DNA of 64,000 nt, taken from the NCBI GenBank assembly GCA_002245135.1, contig NGBS01001164.1, positions 1-64,000 of the forward strand, given 5' to 3'. The DNA comes from Proteromonas lacertae (lineage: Eukaryota). Shown in pieces: positions 43,850 to 55,812 of the stretch. Within the stretch, counting starts at the first letter, position 1. Each line of letters opens with the position of its first letter. The notes below the pieces were generated by a model. It made no database searches. It was not told the DNA's origin and was given only the letters and a program-made list of their open reading frames with translations. A program made the position numbers and the translations under genes.

Positions 43850-44692
43850 TTACACTTTACTGTCAAAGTTAACATAATCATATCCTTCGAAAGGGTTATT
43901 TTCCAATATTATTCCAGATCTATCTTGTTCCATTGGTTCTTCATCGTAAGGATCGAAATTAGAAGTATCACCAGCACTTGTTACTTTTGGTATATATATT
44001 GGTTTGACTTGTTTATTATACATATTCTCCCAATCAATTTTTGAATAGAAACTATGGGTTTTAATATCATCCACTCCATTCTTCAAACAACCTAATCTCT
44101 CAGTCAGATCTGATGATAATAACTTCTTTATCAAATCTCTTGTATTATCTTGGATGAATTTTGGCACTATTATTTTGTTTTTAACTATCAATTGATAAAC
44201 TTGCATTGGATCATCTGCATAGAAGGGCGGTTCTCCTACCATTGTTTCATAAATCAATACACCGAGTGTCCACCAATCAACACCAGTGCCATGACCTTTA
44301 TTTAGTATAATCTCTGGAGCTAAATATTCAGGTGTTCCACATAATGTGTAAGTTTTGAAATCTACTTTTTTAGCGAAGCCAAAATCAGTTATTTTGATAA
44401 ATCCATGTTTGTCAATTAATAGATTCTCTGGCTTTAAGTCTCTATATACAATATTCAGTTGATGTAAATAATCAAAAGCTAGGACTATCTGTGATGTAAA
44501 AAATGCTGTTTCATCTGCATCAAGCAATCCCTTGAGATTTAAATATGAAAAAAATTCTCCTCCAGGAACATACTCCATCAAAAGATATAAAGATTTGGCA
44601 TCTTGAAAAGCAGCTTTTGTTAAGACAATGAATGGATGATAAATTTGTACCAGTATATTTTTCTCATCCATGATATGTCTTATTTGCTTTTG
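43850..44692 (-). CDS. PKA-C: cAMP-dependent protein kinase catalytic subunit, 3' part (downstream of transposon insertion)
   Basis: QKQIRHIMDEK, MEYVPGGEFFSYL, YRDLKPENLL, TDFGFAK, TYTLCGTPEYLAPE and DTSNFDPY. The Gly loop and VAIK region are absent here and lie at 49645-49882. Confidence 0.92.
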   Translation of the reverse strand, partial: QKQIRHIMDEKNILVQIYHPFIVLTKAAFQDAKSLYLLMEYVPGGEFFSYLNLKGLLDADETAFFTSQIVLAFDYLHQLNIVYRDLKPENLLIDKHGFIKITDFGFAKKVDFKTYTLCGTPEYLAPEIILNKGHGTGVDWWTLGVLIYETMVGEPPFYADDPMQVYQLIVKNKIIVPKFIQDNTRDLIKKLLSSDLTERLGCLKNGVDDIKTHSFYSKIDWENMYNKQVKPIYIPKVTSAGDTSNFDPYDEEPMEQDRSGIILENNPFEGYDYVNFDSKV

Positions 44693-44694
44693 TT

Positions 44695-44713
44695 CACGAT
44701 AAGAATTTTCTAA
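44695..44713 (+). repeat. Left terminal inverted repeat of CACTA-like element
   Basis: CACGATAAGAATTTTCTAA pairs with the right end read as CACTATAAGAATT--CTAA. Confidence 0.85.
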
Positions 44714-45299
44714 GTGCTTTTTGTGACTTTAAATAGATTTTTCTCAATAACTATAAGGAATAAAATAGTAAAAATTTGTCAAACGATGTATCATGCTTTG
44801 AGCTTTATCATAGTATACTTAGTTTCATAATTACCTCTTTCATGTCATTCGTCTGTTTTTGATATGTTACATTATAATTGAATAACAACAAACATAAATA
44901 ATAACATTGATATATTTTTATTTGATTTATATCATTTATTAGCTTTAAAAACTATAATACATCTCGAACTGTACTGATTTTAAATACCACGTATTTGGCT
45001 AATAGGGACTGAAATATGTTAATAAATTTTATACGTAATCACTACCTATATACGATATGTATAGTATAGGAGTATTCCAGAAAGGACGATATTAATTTTG
45101 ACTAGGTAATTGAATGTAATCGTGATATTATGTGATTTTTGATGTATGTGTGTGTAGTTAAATAGAGCCATATTGCTATTTTTGACTAATTGCTTCTAAT
45201 TAAGAAGATATCAAAATATTTTTCATACCAGCACTATATGCTGTACTATTATGTTAATCTGAATAGCTAAACCCCATAAATACACTGTATAACATATAT

Positions 45300-46760
45300 T
45301 ATAGATAAATTACTGAATCAATATTCTTCTCCCCTGGAATTCTGTTGCTATTCTAATAAAATAACTATTAAAATATAAAAATAACTATAATACTTATATA
45401 ATCATCTATAATATCTATAAACATAATAACAAATTAAAACATACCAGTATAGCTTAACATGCACGTTGCTGATATTCTCTGCCTTTCATCGATTAGTACA
45501 ATGCTAAACAGCTATAATAAAATATAATATACTAAAATAGTTATACTTTTTCTAATTGTAAAATATAATATATAAACTGGATGTTTCTACTGTTCTTCAC
45601 CTGGAATTCTAATGCAATTCATCTAATGATAATATATAAATAAGAATATACTTTGAATTATTGAAATTATATTCAATACTCTACTAACAATATATAAATA
45701 AGAATAATATACTAATATACTTGTAAGAATATATTCATTTACCTATTATAAAATAATAAAAATAATACTGGATATACTAACTCAATAATACCACTATATA
45801 CAAATCCACCAAATGTTATTTTCATATAATGGAGTAAAAACTAATAGAGTAAATAATAGATCAAATACTTCTTAAATATAGGATTATCATTAACTTGATT
45901 CAATAAATACAATGATTGAACTGTTTCTAAATCAATTAATCCAGGAATAACATCAGCTAAATACTCTTGAATTGGAGATGGTTTAGAAGCTTCCAAGTTT
46001 TTTAATTACTATGAATAAATAAAATAAAATCAGAATATTCGTATCATCATACTTAATTTTGGTGTTCTCATCGAATGAATTGTTGTAATTACGATATATG
46101 TCTTTTCTACAGTTACTGTTTTGGCAACACCTGAAATCACACCAATTCTTGAATAAACATACCTAATAATTCATCCTAACAAAAATAATTATAAAAAATA
46201 TACTAATTCATCTTAGCTTCTTCATCATCAGACTTTACTATTTTATATTATAATAACAATTATACTTATTTGTATTTGTTGGATTAATCGTTGATGGTAA
46301 ACTTGGTTTATATTCTAATTATCCTAGTCTGACACCTAATTTAGATAATAAAATATATGATAATTGCTATAATACCAATATGCTAAATTAACAGAAATAG
46401 TTGAATTTCCTACTACTTATAACTTCAATAATATGTTGTATATCAAAAGTGCCAAATGTATTAGCAAGGTAAGAGTTTGTATATGTAGTTGATGAGCTTT
46501 AGTAAGACAGACTAAATCAAAGCTGATAGTTGTATTTTTTTCTTCAAATGTTCTTAATTCTTCCCTTAGTTATAATATCTTTGATTTTTAATTATTAAAA
46601 CTTTAATCTAATTAACATATATGATAATATTATACTTCCTTCAACAATTATAATCAATTCCTGCTCTTTGTATTGTTTTGTCTATTATTTATCTGTAATA
46701 ACAACACTTGTGCTACCATTGTTATATTCTATATAAAATTATATACTATATATACTCATA
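45300..46760 (-). pseudogene. Degenerate or micro-exon multi-exon coding sequence inside the transposon
   Basis: Short coding-like blocks alternate with host-style GT..TAG introns on the minus strand (e.g. KNLEASKPSPIQEYLADVIPGLIDLETVQSLYLLNQVNDNPIFK ~45870-46000; LLHYMKITFGGFVYSGIIELVYP ~45770-45838). A complete frame was not reconstructed. Confidence 0.4.
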
Positions 46761-47699
46761 ACACAACAGAAGAAAAAAGAATTAAAGTGTATTTCAAAAA
46801 TTATATTCGTTTCAGTTTTTAAGTTTTGAGAAATTAAATGAATGTATAAGTTTAGATTATTTTTATTATAGTGAATAGGTAATAATATATAGTGTACATG
46901 TCAATTTGATGTTTGATTCACATAAAGATGGTTGAAATAAATATCCAAGTAAAAATGTGAAGTGAAAGGTGGTTAAGAGAAAGTAAATATGCAAATTAAT
47001 CTATTGGCTATAAAAGTTATTGTCTAAAAAATCAAATTTCAATAGATTCAAGGAATTATTTTATATGTGATTGTATTTATACTAATGTTACAACAAATTA
47101 CTATCATGTGAGTAGAATGAGTATAGTAAGTAATTTTTCGACTTGATTATGCAAATTGTGAATATAGGAAGTGAAGAGAAGAGAGAATATGATAAACCTA
47201 AGAGAATATTACAATCTTCCACATGTTTATACTATTAATTCAGTAGTAAATGTTCGAATTGGATTTGTTTCTTATTTAGGTTGGATATTACAACAACTAA
47301 GATAACACCGAATATGTTATATGCAAAAGTATCATTAGCTAATGATTATTTGAATTACAATATTTGTGATTAAAAAACTGATGGATTTTGTGAAATAGTG
47401 TTATTATAAACTGATATACAGGTAAAGTGAAAGCTTCCTATGCATTTGATGTATGGTTATTATAATAGAAACAGATAATGGTGACTAATACTCATTATCC
47501 ATTATAAATGTAATAATAGATACCTAAGCCACTGACTATTAGTCAGGATAACGATTTTTCCCCCCTTTGGTTTAGGTAGTTTTTTATTGATGAATTAATT
47601 AATATATACAATAATAAGAAAGTAAATATATATTTTTAAACAGACAAACCATCCATCATCATTACATTGTTAAGATTTAATGTTATTATAATTAAAATA

Positions 47700-48900
47700 A
47701 TCAATTCATATCTACAAAAGTGGTTCAATATTACTTAAGACAAAATTTAGATAATAAAAATGAAGATTTTCTTTTCTATAATAATGAAAAAGATGTCATA
47801 ATGGATAAAGTAATTGATAACTTTCTATTTCTAGCTTTTATATATTTCAGTAAAGTAATTACTACAAATGTAGAAAGAAATATACCATTGTTTTATAAGT
47901 TAATTGATTGTTATAAAAGAATTAATTATAAATACAGAGGTTATAATAGAGAAATTATATTATCCTCAATTCTATAAAAGTTTTAATGTAATAAAGGGAA
48001 AAACAATCAATTATAATAAAAAAATGGTAAGTAGTATTAATGATATAGATTCTATCAATCCATTTTAATTCAAAAGAAATTATACTAGTAAAAAATCAGT
48101 GGAAGATATGGAATATTTGATTTTCCTTATTATTTAACACAAGTTATAATTGATAGAATATTGTCATATAATTATACAATACAAAGTAAAGGATATGTTA
48201 CAAGAGCAAGTAGAAACAATAAATCATCTGTTATAGAGTTTTTGAAAATTAAAGAAACAATTAATGAAGAATATAGAAAAGGTAACTACATTTTTCAATA
48301 CCTGTAGAAGATAAAGTTCATTATATTTCACTAGATGAAATAAATATTGATAGTGTAATGAATAGAGGAAAAAGAAAAAGAAGAGAAAAAGTAATTAATA
48401 AGAAGATACACACAATAATAAAAGAATAGATGTAGATAATAATAATATAATTACGAATATGATGATATTGCAGCAGATGGTTATGAAGATGAAACAGATA
48501 GTTGTGACAATGATGATAATACTAATGATGAAGATTATAATATTCTTAATATTATAACAAAGAATGACATTTCTAATAGAAATAATAATGTATATGATGA
48601 AGATAGTAATGATGGAGATGAAATTGAATTAGAAATAATGACTGATGATAGAGATAGTGAATATGAAGGTAGAAATGGCGATAGTGATAAAGAAAAATTA
48701 TTTTTATACTTATACTATTTCTTTCTGAAGAATTCTATATCTCAAGATAAAGTAAATAAGTTATTGAAACAATTAAACTCAATAGAAACAATAAAGAATT
48801 TACATTTAAAAGAAACATTCAAGCCTTTACGAGATTAATTAGCAAATATAGTCATGTTTAAAGATAATAAAAATGTTAAAATTACAAATTACAATCAAAA
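47700..48900 (+). pseudogene. Fragmented coding remnant inside the transposon, possibly the N-terminal part of a CMC/EnSpm transposase
   Basis: Broken ORFs with a basic patch (RGKRKRREK), an acidic tract, then LFLYLYYFFLKNSISQDKVNKLLKQL, loosely like the helical segment preceding the catalytic domain of EnSpm transposases. No DDE domain is visible. Confidence 0.35.
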
Positions 48901-49627
48901 TGGTAATATTTGAAATTATAATTAAATTACATTAAAAGATGACAATTACATGTATTTTTACTTCTTTTACTTTTTTTATTTTCTCACTTTTCTCTTCATA
49001 TACTAATGAATGTGTATTAATCTCTCTATTATAAATCAAATAAATGAATATTCATTCTGAAGTTATTTGTAATATAGGTTGCTTATCACTTTTTCTACAA
49101 TACTACTTAGATGCTGCATACAACACAATATAAATTATATAATTATACGTTTTAACATTAGATATAACTATATAACAACTAATTAGAATAGATCTTCAAA
49201 TTTTGAAATGTCATTTATATACAAGGAGATATTTTCTTAGCTTTACTCACATAGATTTACAATTTATATATTATCTATAAAAATAATTCAAGAACTCTAT
49301 TAAGTCTTCGGTACAAAGTAATTGCCCAGTGTTTGATAGTTTACTAATAGCAAGCGAATTTAGTTATGAAATATTACTTAATTTAGAAATATTGTTGGTT
49401 CTGTCGAGTTGGAATTTCTATTAAAAGTCTATCTAAAAAGCATTAAAATTTGATATTTTTAATTTATAGCTAAATACAAACTTCAACATGTAATTAATAG
49501 ATGTGTAGAGTATTGGCTTTTTATTCAAACTTAAAGACAATTAAAAAACGAAAAGAAAATGGTGTTAAAGTCAAAATTCAACGAGCCCAGCTTGGGTCAA
49601 GTATATAAGTCCTATTTGCAAAATAGA

Positions 49628-49644
49628 TTAGAATTCTTATAGTG
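49628..49644 (-). repeat. Right terminal inverted repeat of CACTA-like element
   Basis: TTAGAATTCTTATAGTG ends in the canonical TAGTG. Confidence 0.85.
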
Positions 49645-49882
49645 TTTAATGATTTTTTCTTTCTTCATTGTTTTTAAAGCGAATACTTCACTTGTTTTCT
49701 AAAACAAAAAATATTAATCGTGAAACTATACTTTATGTTCCACAACTCTTACTATTCCAAATGATCCAGTTCCGATTGTAGCGCCAATCTCATAGTCGTC
49801 TAAGTTGCTATATTTCTATAAACAGGTAAATAGAATTAAAAATAAATACAATATCATTGTCGTTTTGATTCTCTTCACTCAT
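49645..49882 (-). CDS. PKA-C: cAMP-dependent protein kinase catalytic subunit, 5' exons (not in ORF track)
   Basis: Exon 1 49850-49882 MSEENQNDNDI; intron 49816-49849; exon 2 49732-49815 KYSNLDDYEIGATIGTGSFGIVRVVEHK; intron 49699-49731; exon 3a 49645-49698 KTSEVFALKTMKKEKIIK. Confidence 0.92.
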
Positions 49883-50016
49883 TACTAATCTAACGACAGA
49901 TCAAAAGTCAAAGATTCAACAAGCCTCTTCAAGCCTTGTTTTCATACACCCAAAAATGGTAAAAATATATAAAAAAAACACATAATTATATTTAGATTTA
50001 TCTTAATGAATTATTG

Positions 50017-51165
50017 CTACATCTGGTCCTTCATTTTTGGCTCTAAATCATAACCTGCTGTTGATAATAAATCATAAACTGGTTGTCCATTCTCATCTAC
50101 TTCAACCTTAGTATTGTAATTATAGTTTGCAAATAATTCTTGATGTTCTGGTGATAATTTCTCCTTTGGGGCTTCTTCCACATCAAATGCATCACCTAAA
50201 TCATTCTTACCAGTATCACAATTGGCTTTCTTTATATCCGGTTTAAATGGTGCATCCATATCCTTCTTTCTAAACGAAGCCCAATCAAAATGACTAAACC
50301 ATTCATGTTCAATTAAGTCTTTCACTCCATTCTTATGTCCTAATCGTGTATGACAATCACTCTCTAAAGTTCCAACTAAGAAAGAAGAAGCAGCTGGTGA
50401 TAGTTCAACTCCCATTCTTTTAACAGCATCACTAGGATCTAATTGATCATTGGAATGGCCTTGAAACTCGAATGGCCATTTACCACAAAGAAATTCATAG
50501 GTAACTATTCCAACTGAATAGAATTCTGATATTCGGTTATGTTTATGATCACTATGTAAGATCTCTGGTGCCATATAGGCTCTAGTACCACTACCAGCAT
50601 AACAATAACCATCTTCTTTCAATTTCTGAGATATACCAAAATCGGTTAGACGAATATAACCATTTGCATCTAATAACATATTATCTGGCTTTATATCTCT
50701 ATGAATTATATGTTTTGAATGTAAATATTCTAATGCTAATAATAAGCAGGCTATGTAGAATTTGGTAGATTCTTCGTCAAAATGACCTTGTGGATTATGT
50801 CTTAATTGATATCTTAAATCTCCACCTAAACAGAGATCCATTACCATATAACAATTATTATCATCTTGAAATGCATAAAACATATTTACAAGGAAGGGAT
50901 TATGAACATCTACCAATAGATTCCGTTCATTCATGATCATATCTGCATTTTGTGTCTTAATAACCTCTAATTTTTCTAATGTTTTAATTGCATACCATTT
51001 ACCTCTATACATATTATTAAATATGATAATTAAATACGTCGGCTTGTGAACACAGGCATTAACCTTACCAAAACCACCTTGACCAACTACTCTTTCAATG
51101 CTGAAATGTGTTTTATTAACATGTGTTGGATCTATTATTTCTTCAGAACTAGAACCGCATCCCAT
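50017..51165 (-). CDS. AGC-family Ser/Thr kinase (STK32/YANK-like) with N-terminal acylation motif MGCGSS
   Basis: VGQGGFGKV, YAIK, MDLCLGGDLRYQL, HRDIKPDN, TDFG, GTRAYMAPE and KANCD. A 33-nt in-frame intron at 51005-51037 is read through in the ORF track. Confidence 0.92.
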   Translation of the reverse strand: MGCGSSSEEIIDPTHVNKTHFSIERVVGQGGFGKVNACVHKPTYLIIIFNNMYRGKWYAIKTLEKLEVIKTQNADMIMNERNLLVDVHNPFLVNMFYAFQDDNNCYMVMDLCLGGDLRYQLRHNPQGHFDEESTKFYIACLLLALEYLHSKHIIHRDIKPDNMLLDANGYIRLTDFGISQKLKEDGYCYAGSGTRAYMAPEILHSDHKHNRISEFYSVGIVTYEFLCGKWPFEFQGHSNDQLDPSDAVKRMGVELSPAASSFLVGTLESDCHTRLGHKNGVKDLIEHEWFSHFDWASFRKKDMDAPFKPDIKKANCDTGKNDLGDAFDVEEAPKEKLSPEHQELFANYNYNTKVEVDENGQPVYDLLSTAGYDLEPKMKDQM

Positions 51166-51536
51166 TATACTTTTTTTTTCTATTAGAAAAATATTAGAAA
51201 AGAAGGAAATAGAAGATTTGAAGTTTTATTAATAAAACATAACAAAATAAATAAACGTAAAAATATATTCATACTGATAAATAGTGAAATATTGAGATAA
51301 ATAAGTTTAAAACGAGAGAAAAAAACAAAAACGATGTTTCTGTTTGTTTGGCTTGATATTTTCAGTTATTCTACTTTTTTATAAACACATGATTATTTTG
51401 ATGGATAGTGTGTGAAAATGGTTTGAATTTTTGAATCTAATTATAAAATTATTCTAATATTTAATTAAAAACACTGTTATATCATTTTATAAAATGAAAA
51501 TATATTCGTTTCATTATTTTTTGATTTTTTATTTTG

Positions 51537-52569
51537 ATGGAATATCAGATATATTTTGATGAAAATATTATCTGGAAACCTTCATATCATAGAAATTTCA
51601 AAAATAAAACATCAAAGAATATTCTATGCTTTCCAGATCATAGTATTGGAGGACATTTTGTATTTAAAGTCTTAATATTATCTATAGAACACTAGATTTT
51701 GTGGAAGGCCTATAATTGCAAATACATTCTGCCCAACGAATACTAGTGTTTTAATTTGTGGTGCTTTTGGTCGTGCTGATGAATTTGGAAATGTTTATCA
51801 TATTGGTGATGTAGTTGAAGAAGAAAAACTAAAAAATAATAAAAGAAGTGAATATAAAATATTCATTGGTAAAGAAGTGATTCCATATAAGAAATACGAA
51901 ATAAATTCAGAACTTAAAGCATGGTCAATGAATGATCGACTTAGTAAACACTCTCCTCAATATTTATTTGTCATATATTTATTTTTGAAAATGAAGGATA
52001 AATCAAAAAAATATAAATGTGTTAGTGTAGCTAAATCTCCTCCATTTAACATATATTCATCAAGACAAAATAGAATAATTAATAAACTAATAAAATTAGA
52101 GAATAACTGTAATATAATGAGTAATGAAGAATGTGAAGATGAGAATATTTTCTTAGAAAGTTTAGAAAAGCTAAAAAAAACAATAAATCCCAATTCATTT
52201 AAATATAAGAAACTAATGCCTCATATCTATGATAGTTTTAAAGTATTGAACAAAAGTTATAAAAATCATGTAAAAAAAGAAGAAAAAAGTAGTGCATTAT
52301 ATTCAATGGAATCGTTAATAAATTCATTGAAAGAGTTTTCTATATCTGAACCAAATACAGTGTTTAAAGTTAATGCAGATCCTTTTTCATTTGAAGTTAG
52401 GATTGTTGAGAGAATTGATAAGAATAGAGAAGAAATTACATATAACGGAATGACAATGGAAGAAGCAATAGAAGAGTTAAAAAAGGGATTTGAATATCTC
52501 GATAGATGTGGAAATATTCGTAGAATTAAACCATCACCAGATGATATTGGTTTTCCTGTATATGAATGA
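51537..52569 (+). CDS. Hypothetical protein
   Basis: ATG 51537 (MEYQIYFDENIIWKP) and intron 51660-51687 join in frame to ORF 51877-52569. No recognisable domain. Confidence 0.65.
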
Positions 52570-52613
52570 AGTGTGATTTAATTTAATTATATGAAAATAT
52601 TTTATGTAATGAA

Positions 52614-55600
52614 TTATTTGACATTAAACATTTCTTTCTTTTCTTCTTCTGAAATTCCATCTATTTGTATTACTCTAATAAATGAAAATGTAACTAAAAA
52701 TTCTTTTAATACTGATTTATCAATGTTCTCTTTCACTGTTATATCCAATTCAATTGTTTTACTAAAGATATAGTAATTTTCTATTATTAATCTTATTCCA
52801 ATTTCATTTAATACATTTCCTGATAAATTTATATAGTTTAATGGTGTACAGTCTTTTAGATTTTGTATTAATATTTTCAATCCTTTTTCACTCATTCCTA
52901 TATCTATTCATTCATTAATATATACTATATTCATAATATACATGAAAGATTTAAATAATATTTGCAATAAGTTAAATTATCTGCTTCTATAAATTTATAT
53001 AAATTCTTACATATTATCTCTACTCCTTCATCTCCAATTGGATTGTTAAATATGGAGATATTATAAACATCTTCTAATAAAGAATCTGTTAATTCTTTTA
53101 ATCCTTTGTAACTGATTTTATTGTTTGATAAATTAAGATAAAAATTATTTACATGTTTAATTAATGAAATGCGAGAATCATTGATGTTTAAATCTATTTT
53201 ATGAGAATCTAATAGACTATACCTGAAAAATTGTAGCACATTCTTTTCTTTTTTATATAGTAGTTTAAATAATATTCCAATTTTTCATTTGTCCACGATG
53301 AATTATTCATTTGAATAATTGGATATTCTTCTTTTTCTAGTGATTTTGAACATATAGCTTTTAATCCATTCATTCTGATATTATTTCCTTTTAGATTTAT
53401 TTTACAATATTCTTCAACTGAATCTATTTTATCTGCTAATAACATTACACTTTCATCATCTATTAAAATATTACTCAAATTAATTTCACTCCAATTTATT
53501 AACTCTTTTAGCTTATGTAATAAGTTTTTAAATCCATTATTACGAATTGGATTATCTATTACATAAATATAAATTATAAAGTTGAATATACTATGAATTT
53601 TTATACTATAAATATTACGATTTTCTTTCATAAAATTCATCAAGTATTCTATGCCATTAGAATCTATTTCATTATCGCTAATATCAAGCTTGATTCTCAT
53701 ATTAGTATTTTTTAAACCATCTAACAAATATTTCAACCCAATTGAAGACAATCCTATTTCTAGTCAAATATTAACAGAAATTATTATACTAGAACATTTC
53801 AATGTGCTGAATGAATCTTCTAATAAATGTAAATATGGCGATAACATTTTCATTCCTGTGTCTCCTATTTCATTTCCATATAATTGAAGATGTTTAAGAT
53901 TTGAAAATGAAGGTAAACTATCTATTAATATTTCTATATTTTTAAGAGTTAGTCTATTATCTATATAATAGAAAACTATCAGATTATACTACTCAAATCT
54001 AATCTTTTTATTTTTCCTAACTCATTTAATCTAAACAAAATGAATGATTTGATAAAATCATCATCAATTTCAGAATTACTCAAATTTAATCCATTTTCAT
54101 CTAAATAACCTTGGTTAATGTATGCTATTATTTTTGGAATATCTTTATCCACTAATAATTCTTTACTTTTATTAAGATCAAATTCTATTTTTGAAATTGG
54201 AAATTTGGAGAATAATGCTTTTAATCCAATGGAATGAATATAACTGTTTTTTGTTATATCGATTTTGTAAAGACTTTGATATTTATATAATTCTTCTGAT
54301 AATAATATCATTGATTCATCATTTAATCCCATTTCATAAAGATCTAATTCATTTTTTTGTTGATTAATAAATGTAAATATGGAATTAATAATTTGAAGCC
54401 TTTTGAACCAATTGGATTATCTATATCAAATAATAAGAAAATATTAAATACATCTTAGATTTACATATTTTAATTTAATCATGAATGGAATTGATTTAAC
54501 AAATGATTGAATGAAATGAAAAGTAAGATTACAACTATATAAATCTAATTTTTGAAGATATGATAATCGGTTAAAAAATAGTCCAAATAATGATTGGAAT
54601 TGAAATGGGATGTTAACCTCATCTAAATTATAAAAACGGTTAAAATTATACCAAATCTTAGTTTTATTGGATTAATTAGTTTCATTATTCTCAACAAATA
54701 ATTCATTCCTTCTTCACATAAACATACACAACTTGGACTTATTGTGACTCTTTTGTTATCACATTCATTATGTTCTGCATTAAATAGCATGCAATCTAAA
54801 TAATAATCTTTTCTTTCTTTACATGTATGATAAATATGAAATTTCAGCTCATATTTTATATACCAATCATTATTGTATAACTTCATCATTAACAATATTG
54901 AAAATATTCTGTCATTTGGTTTATTATTGTAAGAATCTGTAAATCTGTTTCTAATTTCATGCCTTTTTTTACTTTCAAGATAATATTCTGTTGGATATGT
55001 TATTGGTAATATAACAATAAATTCATCATCATAATGTAACATTTCTTTTCTTTCTTCACACATCATTAAACAATCTTCATCATCTCTCAATATTTCACTC
55101 ATCTTTATCATCTCTTTTTTCAACTCTTTTAAACTCAATTTATCTTCACTTCTTATTTTTAACATTCTATCTACCATTTCTTTCATTCTATCATCACATT
55201 CTACTTCAAAACTGTATTTACATCTCTGGATATTATTCAATGTTTTATTCACATTATTATCTTCATTGAATGGTAATTTCTTACAAATCATCTCATATAA
55301 TATACATCCAATTGACCAAATTACACTTCTCTCATTACATTCTAATCCATTCAACTCTTCTGGACTTTTGAAACACAAATCATAAACTCTCATATCTTCT
55401 TCTTTTCTCAAATTATTTAAGAATAAATCACACAACTTGATACTGTTATCCATTATTATGTTTGAACTTTCAAATTACTTATCACTAAATCATATTCGCT
55501 CAATATCAACAATATATCACATACTGGATATATTACTGTGAAAATTTCAACACTTGATAGAGAGTCACTCTGAATTATCTCTTCTAAATCTACAGAATAA

Positions 55601-55812
55601 TAATTTCTTTCTAATGTTATTATATTATCCCCGGAAAAGTGGATTTGATAAGGTGAAGTAAATGAAGAACAACATTCTAACAACAACGAGTTATTCTCTA
55701 AAAAATTCGTTATTTGTTTTACTCTTATTCCACTAATATTTATAGTTTTCACCTTTCTTGTATGAATCTGATTCTTTTTAACTAAAACATTATTTTCTAC
55801 TTTCTTTTTCAT
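52614..55812 (-). CDS. Degenerate kinase domain fused to RNI-like leucine-rich repeats
   Basis: Kinase C-lobe motifs SPEELNG and SVIWSIGCILYEMICKKLPF, with a degenerate catalytic loop (ISNLKV..NIIMD, IKLCDLF). Downstream LRRs include LDISDNEIDSNGIEYL, INLKGNNIRMNGLKAI, LNLSNNKISYKGLKEL and NNPIGDEGVEII. Many short introns and two apparent one-A frameshifts. Confidence 0.8.

Larger units (their letters stand above)
44695..49644. mobile_element. 4,950-bp CACTA/CMC-like DNA transposon, probably non-autonomous, inserted in PKA-C exon 3
   Basis: Left end CACGATAAGAATT and right end AATTCTTATAGTG (reverse complement CACTATAAGAATT; 12/13 match). A TT/AA 2-bp duplication flanks both ends. Removing the element and one TSD copy restores the PKA frame. 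There is no long internal ORF. Confidence 0.88.

Noticed and set aside
43850..44671. Stand-alone N-terminally truncated kinase as given by the ORF track
   Set aside because: The missing N-lobe exons were found at 49645-49882, beyond the transposon.
44695..49644. A 5-kb spliceosomal intron in PKA-C
   Set aside because: The boundaries are CAC...GTG with TIRs and a TSD rather than GT-AG, an in-frame stop occurs before any donor, and host introns are ~25-42 nt.
8068..51165. GPCR, PKA and STK32-like genes as a functional signalling cluster
   Set aside because: They are interspersed with unrelated genes, and kinases are common, so proximity is not evidence of an operon-like unit.
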